Below, one piece after another: positions 35,583 to 39,737 of a DNA stretch of 39,737 bases. Position 1 is the first letter of the stretch. Each line of letters opens with the position of its first letter. The stretch comes from Pseudomonadota bacterium (GTDB lineage Bacteria > Pseudomonadota > Gammaproteobacteria > Burkholderiales > JALYOK01), in assembly GCA_031371465.1 (NCBI GenBank), contig JANMJR010000142.1:1-39737 (forward strand), written 5' to 3'. The notes under the pieces are model-generated. The model saw nothing but the letters and a program-made list of their open reading frames with translations, ran no database searches and had not been told where the DNA came from. Made by a program: the position numbers and the translations under genes.

Positions 35583-36941
35583 ATGTCCGCACATATAAAA
35601 CGCGATGCCGCATTCACTTACTCCAGCGCCGAACTAGCGCAATACACCGCTGATTTACTCAAGCTCGCACGGGAATTGGGGTCCAGCGCCGCCGAGGCTG
35701 AAGTTTCCGAAGGCGTGGGCCATAGCGTCAACGTGCGTATGGATGAAGTCGAAACCATCGAATACCATCGTGACAAGGGTTTGTCCGTAACTGTCTATTT
35801 TGGCAAGCAAAAAGGTCATGCCGGTTCGTCCGACCTGAGCCTAAAAGCGCTACGCGATACGGTCGAAAAAGCCTGTAGCATCGCCAAACACACAGCCGTA
35901 GATGAATTTTCCGGCTTGGCGGACGCCGCGCTCTTGGCGAAAGGCCCATTTCCGGACCTTGATCTATATCATTCCTGGGGCATCTCGGTCGAAGAATCGA
36001 TTGCGCTAGGCAAACGGGCCGAAGCAGCGGCCTTCGCCGTGGACAAACGCATCGACAACTCCGACGGCGCCTCGGCCTCAACCCAGGATTCGCACTTTTG
36101 CTACGGCAACAGCACGGGGTTTCTCGGCGGTTATCCGTCTTCCCGCCATGGCGTCAGCTGTTCGGTCATCGCCTCCGACGGGGAGATCATGCAGCGCGAT
36201 GATTGGTACACCACGGCGCGGGATTTTAACGACCTGGATCCAATCGAGCGCGTTGGCCAAATCGCCGGTGAGCGCGCCATCAAGCGGCTCAACGGCAGAA
36301 AACTCAAAACCATGGATTGCCCGGTGTTGTTCGAAGGGCCAATCGCCCAGGGCTTGATCAGCCATTTTGTCGGCGCGGTAAGTGGTGGCAGCTTGTACCG
36401 AAAATCGTCGTTCTTGCTCGATAGCCTGGGCCAGCAACTGTTCCCCAAGTTTCTGCAAATTCGCGAAGTCCCCGATTTGAAGAAAGGCTTTTCGTCCAGC
36501 CCGTTCGATGCCGAAGGCGTTGCGACCAAAGCGCGCGACGTCATCAAAGACGGCGTACTGCAGGGCTATTTTCTCGGCAGCTATTCCGCACGCAAGCTTG
36601 GCATGCAGTCCACCGGCAACGCCGGCGGCAACCACAATTTAATCGTGCCCGACACCGGCCAAGATTTCGCTGCCTTGCTTAAACAAATGGGTCGCGGCCT
36701 GCTCGTCACGGAACTGCTCGGTCACGGCATCAACATGGTCACCGGCGACTATTCGCGCGGCGCCTCCGGTTACTGGGTGGAAGGCGGCGAGATTCAATAT
36801 CCCGTCGAAGAAATCACCATCGCAGGTAATCTTAAGGATATGTTCAAAGGCATTGTCGCGGTAGGCAATGACGTCATCGTGCGCGGTTCGAAATTGTGTG
36901 GTTCGATTTTGATCGAGAAGATGACGGTGGCGGGGGATTAG
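35583..36941 (+). CDS. pmbA: Metalloprotease PmbA (TldE)
   Basis: The product is 452 aa. PmbA/TldD-fold motifs are present, including GNHNLIVPDTG..LLKQMGRGLLVTELLGHGINMVTGDYSRGASGYWVEGGEIQYPVEEITIAGNL. Confidence 0.93.
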   Translation: MSAHIKRDAAFTYSSAELAQYTADLLKLARELGSSAAEAEVSEGVGHSVNVRMDEVETIEYHRDKGLSVTVYFGKQKGHAGSSDLSLKALRDTVEKACSIAKHTAVDEFSGLADAALLAKGPFPDLDLYHSWGISVEESIALGKRAEAAAFAVDKRIDNSDGASASTQDSHFCYGNSTGFLGGYPSSRHGVSCSVIASDGEIMQRDDWYTTARDFNDLDPIERVGQIAGERAIKRLNGRKLKTMDCPVLFEGPIAQGLISHFVGAVSGGSLYRKSSFLLDSLGQQLFPKFLQIREVPDLKKGFSSSPFDAEGVATKARDVIKDGVLQGYFLGSYSARKLGMQSTGNAGGNHNLIVPDTGQDFAALLKQMGRGLLVTELLGHGINMVTGDYSRGASGYWVEGGEIQYPVEEITIAGNLKDMFKGIVAVGNDVIVRGSKLCGSILIEKMTVAGD

Positions 36942-36983
36942 TCGCTCGACGAGCGATAAAACTGTGTAGTCTTGGCTATCCCG

Positions 36984-37007
36984 TCATTCCCGCGAAGGCG
37001 GGAATGA
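36984..37007. repeat. REP-like perfect hairpin TCATTCCCGC-gaag-GCGGGAATGA between the convergent pmbA and purM genes
   Basis: The stem is a perfect 10 bp with a GAAG loop. From memory, the motif CATTCCCGCGAAnGCGGGAATG is a widespread proteobacterial intergenic repeat. It could act as a bidirectional terminator or mRNA stabiliser. Confidence 0.55.
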
Positions 37008-37032
37008 GGATTATACAAAGGTGTCGGGAGAT

Positions 37033-38082
37033 TTAAGAAACTATTGTTTGTGCTTGCCCCGGTGACTGCATTTCGATCGTGCCGATCGGCCAAACCGTCT
37101 CGCCTTGATTGCGTAACAGTGCCACTGCGGCGTCGGCGTCATGCTTATCCACCACCACCACCATCCCCACGCCGCAATTAAACACGCGATGCATTTCGCT
37201 TTCTGCGACATTGCCGTGTTCTTGCAGCCAGGAAAATAACAGTGGCCGCGGCCACGAATTTTTTTTAATAATCGCGCTGAGCCCGTCTTGCAAAATGCGC
37301 GGAATATTATCTGTTAAGCCACCGCCGGTGATGTGGGCAATACCTTTCACTTTTATTAGTTTCATCAGCTCCAGCATCGGCTTCACATAGAGGTGGGTCG
37401 GCGCCAATATTGCCTCGCGAAAGGTTTTGCCGTGAAAGTCCGCATCAGGATTGGGTTTCGCCCGTTCGATGATCTTCCGGATGAGCGAATAGCCGTTTGA
37501 GTGCGCGCCACTCGATGCCAGGCCCAACAGCACATCGCCTATGGCGATTGACTTGCCGTCGATGATATTTTCTTTTTCTACGACGCCTACGGCGAAACCC
37601 GCGAGGTCATATTCGCCGGGCGGATACATGCCCGGCATTTCCGCCGTTTCACCGCCGATCAGTGCGCAGCCCGATTGTTCGCATCCGGTTGCGATGCCTT
37701 TGATGACTTCGGTCGCGGTCGGGACATCGAGTTTGCCGCAGGCGAAGTAATCGAGAAAAAACAATGGCTCGGCGCCTTGCACCAGAATATCGTTCACGCT
37801 CATGGCCACCAGATCGATGCCGATGGTGTCGTGCTTGTTCCATTCGAACGCGAGCTTAAGTTTGGTGCCCACGCCGTCAGTGCCGGAAACGAGTACCGGA
37901 TTTTTATATTTTTTTGAGATTTCCACCAGCGCGCCAAAGCCGCCGATACCCGTCAATACTTCGGGACGCAACGTGCGTTTGGCGTAGGGTTTGATCGCGT
38001 CCACCAGCGCATCACCGGCGTCAATATCGACGCCGGCATCGCGGTAGGATAGGGATGCGCTCGGGGTTTCCGGCTTGCTCAA
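37033..38082 (-). CDS. purM: Phosphoribosylformylglycinamidine cyclo-ligase (AIR synthetase)
   Basis: A TTG start is used. [21 protein letters not shown]...GGFGAL....[18 protein letters not shown]...[28 protein letters not shown] is canonical PurM. Confidence 0.96.
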   Translation of the reverse strand: MSKPETPSASLSYRDAGVDIDAGDALVDAIKPYAKRTLRPEVLTGIGGFGALVEISKKYKNPVLVSGTDGVGTKLKLAFEWNKHDTIGIDLVAMSVNDILVQGAEPLFFLDYFACGKLDVPTATEVIKGIATGCEQSGCALIGGETAEMPGMYPPGEYDLAGFAVGVVEKENIIDGKSIAIGDVLLGLASSGAHSNGYSLIRKIIERAKPNPDADFHGKTFREAILAPTHLYVKPMLELMKLIKVKGIAHITGGGLTDNIPRILQDGLSAIIKKNSWPRPLLFSWLQEHGNVAESEMHRVFNCGVGMVVVVDKHDADAAVALLRNQGETVWPIGTIEMQSPGQAQTIVS

Positions 38083-38141
38083 GTTGAGTTCTCGCTTTCT
38101 TCAGGATAGAGTGCGGCAGTCAAGGCCAAATTTTACCCGAA

Positions 38142-39206
38142 ATGATTTTCCCCGGTTCCGATAACTCGCGATTGTATTTTCTGGTTGGCGCGGCGCTGGT
38201 GGTCGCGCTGTTGTTTTATGTGCTGGGGCCGATCCTCACGCCCTTCATGTTCGCCGCGATTTTGGCCTATATTTGCGATCCGCTGGTCGATCGTCTGCAG
38301 CGACGGCGTGTACCACGCACCCTCGCGACGGTGATTGTTTTGCTGTTGTTAATCGGCCTATTCGTATTGCTGATGCTGATCATGGTGCCGTTGTTTCAGA
38401 AAGAAACGGCGCTGCTCACGGCGCGACTGCCGGGCTACATCACCGCGCTAAACGAGAAATTAATTCCCTGGCTCAATGCAAAGCTGGGACTCAAGCTTGA
38501 TCTGGATTTTCAGGGATTCAAACAAAACATGACGGAATACGTGCAGGGCGCCGATGGCCTCGCCAGCAAACTGTTTGTCTCATTGAAAATCGGCGGTTTG
38601 GTGGTGGTGGGATTTTTAGTGAATATGATTCTGGTGCCGGTGGTGTTGTTTTATTTACTGCGCGATTGGGACTTGCTCGTGGAGAAAATCGATCATCTCA
38701 TTCCGCGCCGCTGGCATGATCGCACCACCACTATCGCGCGCGAAATTGACGCCGTGTTGTCAGAATTTTTGCGCGGACAGATTTCCGTCATGTTGCTGAT
38801 GAGCGTGTTTTATGTGCTGGGCTTATGGCTCGCCGGCCTTGAATTCGCGCTCCCGATTGGCATCGTCACCGGCATGTTGGTATTCGTTCCCTATGTCGGC
38901 ATGATCACCGGTTTGCTGCTCGCCAGCTTGGCCGCGCTGATGCAGTTTCAAAGCCTGCCCGGCATGGTCTGGGTGTGGATCTTGTTCGTTGTCGGGCAAT
39001 TGCTTGAAGGCATGGTCGTCACGCCATGGCTGGTCGGTGATCGCATCGGCCTGCATCCTGTGGTCGTGATTTTCGCCTTGCTCGCGTTCGGACAAATTTT
39101 TGGGTTCTTCGGCGTGCTGCTCGCCTTACCGGTGAGCGCGGCGTTGTTGGTCGCGCTACGACATCTGCGCCAGAACTATCTCGATAGCCGAATTTACAAC
39201 GAGTAA
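38142..39206 (+). CDS. AI-2E family transporter (PerM/YhhT-like, UPF0118)
   Basis: The product is a 354-aa polytopic membrane protein. The C-terminal motif PWLVGDRIGLHPVVVIFALLAFGQIFGFFGVLLALPV is typical of the family. Confidence 0.85.
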   Translation: MIFPGSDNSRLYFLVGAALVVALLFYVLGPILTPFMFAAILAYICDPLVDRLQRRRVPRTLATVIVLLLLIGLFVLLMLIMVPLFQKETALLTARLPGYITALNEKLIPWLNAKLGLKLDLDFQGFKQNMTEYVQGADGLASKLFVSLKIGGLVVVGFLVNMILVPVVLFYLLRDWDLLVEKIDHLIPRRWHDRTTTIAREIDAVLSEFLRGQISVMLLMSVFYVLGLWLAGLEFALPIGIVTGMLVFVPYVGMITGLLLASLAALMQFQSLPGMVWVWILFVVGQLLEGMVVTPWLVGDRIGLHPVVVIFALLAFGQIFGFFGVLLALPVSAALLVALRHLRQNYLDSRIYNE

Positions 39207-39538
39207 TTCGATTTTTTCAACGCACATGGCCACAAGCCGCACCCTGCTTGTCTCGCAGTCATGGCGTGCCTGGAAGCCAGTCAGGACCCGGTTTGTGGCG
39301 CGGCAAGGTTAAATTTTATCGCTTCGCCTGGCCAAGGATTTGCCGTCTGGTGAAGATTTTAACGCCATCAAAAAATCCGTTTTGAACCATATTAATTATC
39401 ATTTTCATTGGCTTACCGTAGTGCAATTACAGAAAAGCATCACCTAGACAAACAAAATACTGCGTCTACAACGGGAATACACGGGCCGCATTCCAAATAA
39501 AACAGGCGGGCCGGAAACCGGAAGAAAGGAACACAAAA

Positions 39539-39718
39539 ATGAAAACGTTTTCGTACCCCTCGAAGACCATGCAACGCAAACTCGAAGAAGCCAAAGCCTA
39601 TCTGCGCGCGCGCGGCAAATACGTCCTTGACCAGGGCAATACCTGGCATTTCTCCGACACGGTGCAATGGGACGAATATAAAAAGCTCGCGCAGAGCGCG
39701 CCGCGTCAAGTCGCTTAA
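39539..39718 (+). CDS. Possible small protein (59 aa), below the ORF-track size cutoff
   Basis: GAAAGGAA lies 9 nt upstream of the ATG. The product is MKTFSYPSKTMQRKLEEAKAYLRARGKYVLDQGNTWHFSDTVQWDEYKKLAQSAPRQVA and has protein-like composition. The overlapping 89-aa minus ORF (39440..39709) looks like an antisense artefact (F/R/C-rich). I recognise no family. Confidence 0.35.
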   Translation: MKTFSYPSKTMQRKLEEAKAYLRARGKYVLDQGNTWHFSDTVQWDEYKKLAQSAPRQVA

Positions 39719-39737
39719 ACCGATCTATTACATCTCA

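Noticed and set aside
39440-39709. An 89-aa minus-strand ORF at the right end of the window.
   Set aside because: It has an F/R/C-rich, unprotein-like translation and no ribosome-binding site. The overlapping plus-strand 59-codon ORF has a ribosome-binding site and a more credible composition.

Overview
The window looks like a chromosomal core segment of a betaproteobacterium. This is supported by MSMADRDG-type IlvE followed by a zf-CHCC protein and WaaF, by dapC-dapD, by dnaX-ybaB and by divergent yjgA/pmbA. I estimate roughly 55% GC by eye. Most of it is densely packed housekeeping genes: smc (5' part), queF, dapCD, a matB-like ligase, a marR-emrAB-type efflux operon, SRP RNA, dnaX-ybaB, ilvE, waaF, a second BCAT, a PfkB kinase, mog, yjgA, pmbA, purM and an AI-2E permease. 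I found no CRISPR array, tRNA, rRNA, transposase, integrase, phage module or recognisable defence system. I cannot point to a clearly novel multi-gene system. The parts that ordinary annotation does not explain are listed here.
1. A ~147-bp MITE-like element with terminal inverted repeats is present twice in opposite orientation. One copy ends 15 bp before the queF start codon.
2. A loosely organised redox patch at 10.3-14.3 kb holds a secreted protein that fuses a redoxin fold, a CxxCH module and a PHM/DBH-like two-copper monooxygenase domain. It is flanked by a decayed small ORF and a trxB whose 5' end is decayed.
3. A PQQ alcohol dehydrogenase with the lanthanide-type D-Y-D motif, plus a cytochrome c, sits where recR normally follows dnaX-ybaB.
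4. An acyl-CoA ligase that is otherwise intact is interrupted by one in-frame TAG at the invariant P-loop lysine. It is translationally coupled (ATGA) to a ThDP enzyme.
5. A 562-aa orphan protein has a C-terminus carrying an RxxxR...DxSxxG PilZ signature.
All calls come from reading the sequence and translations by eye, with no database search.
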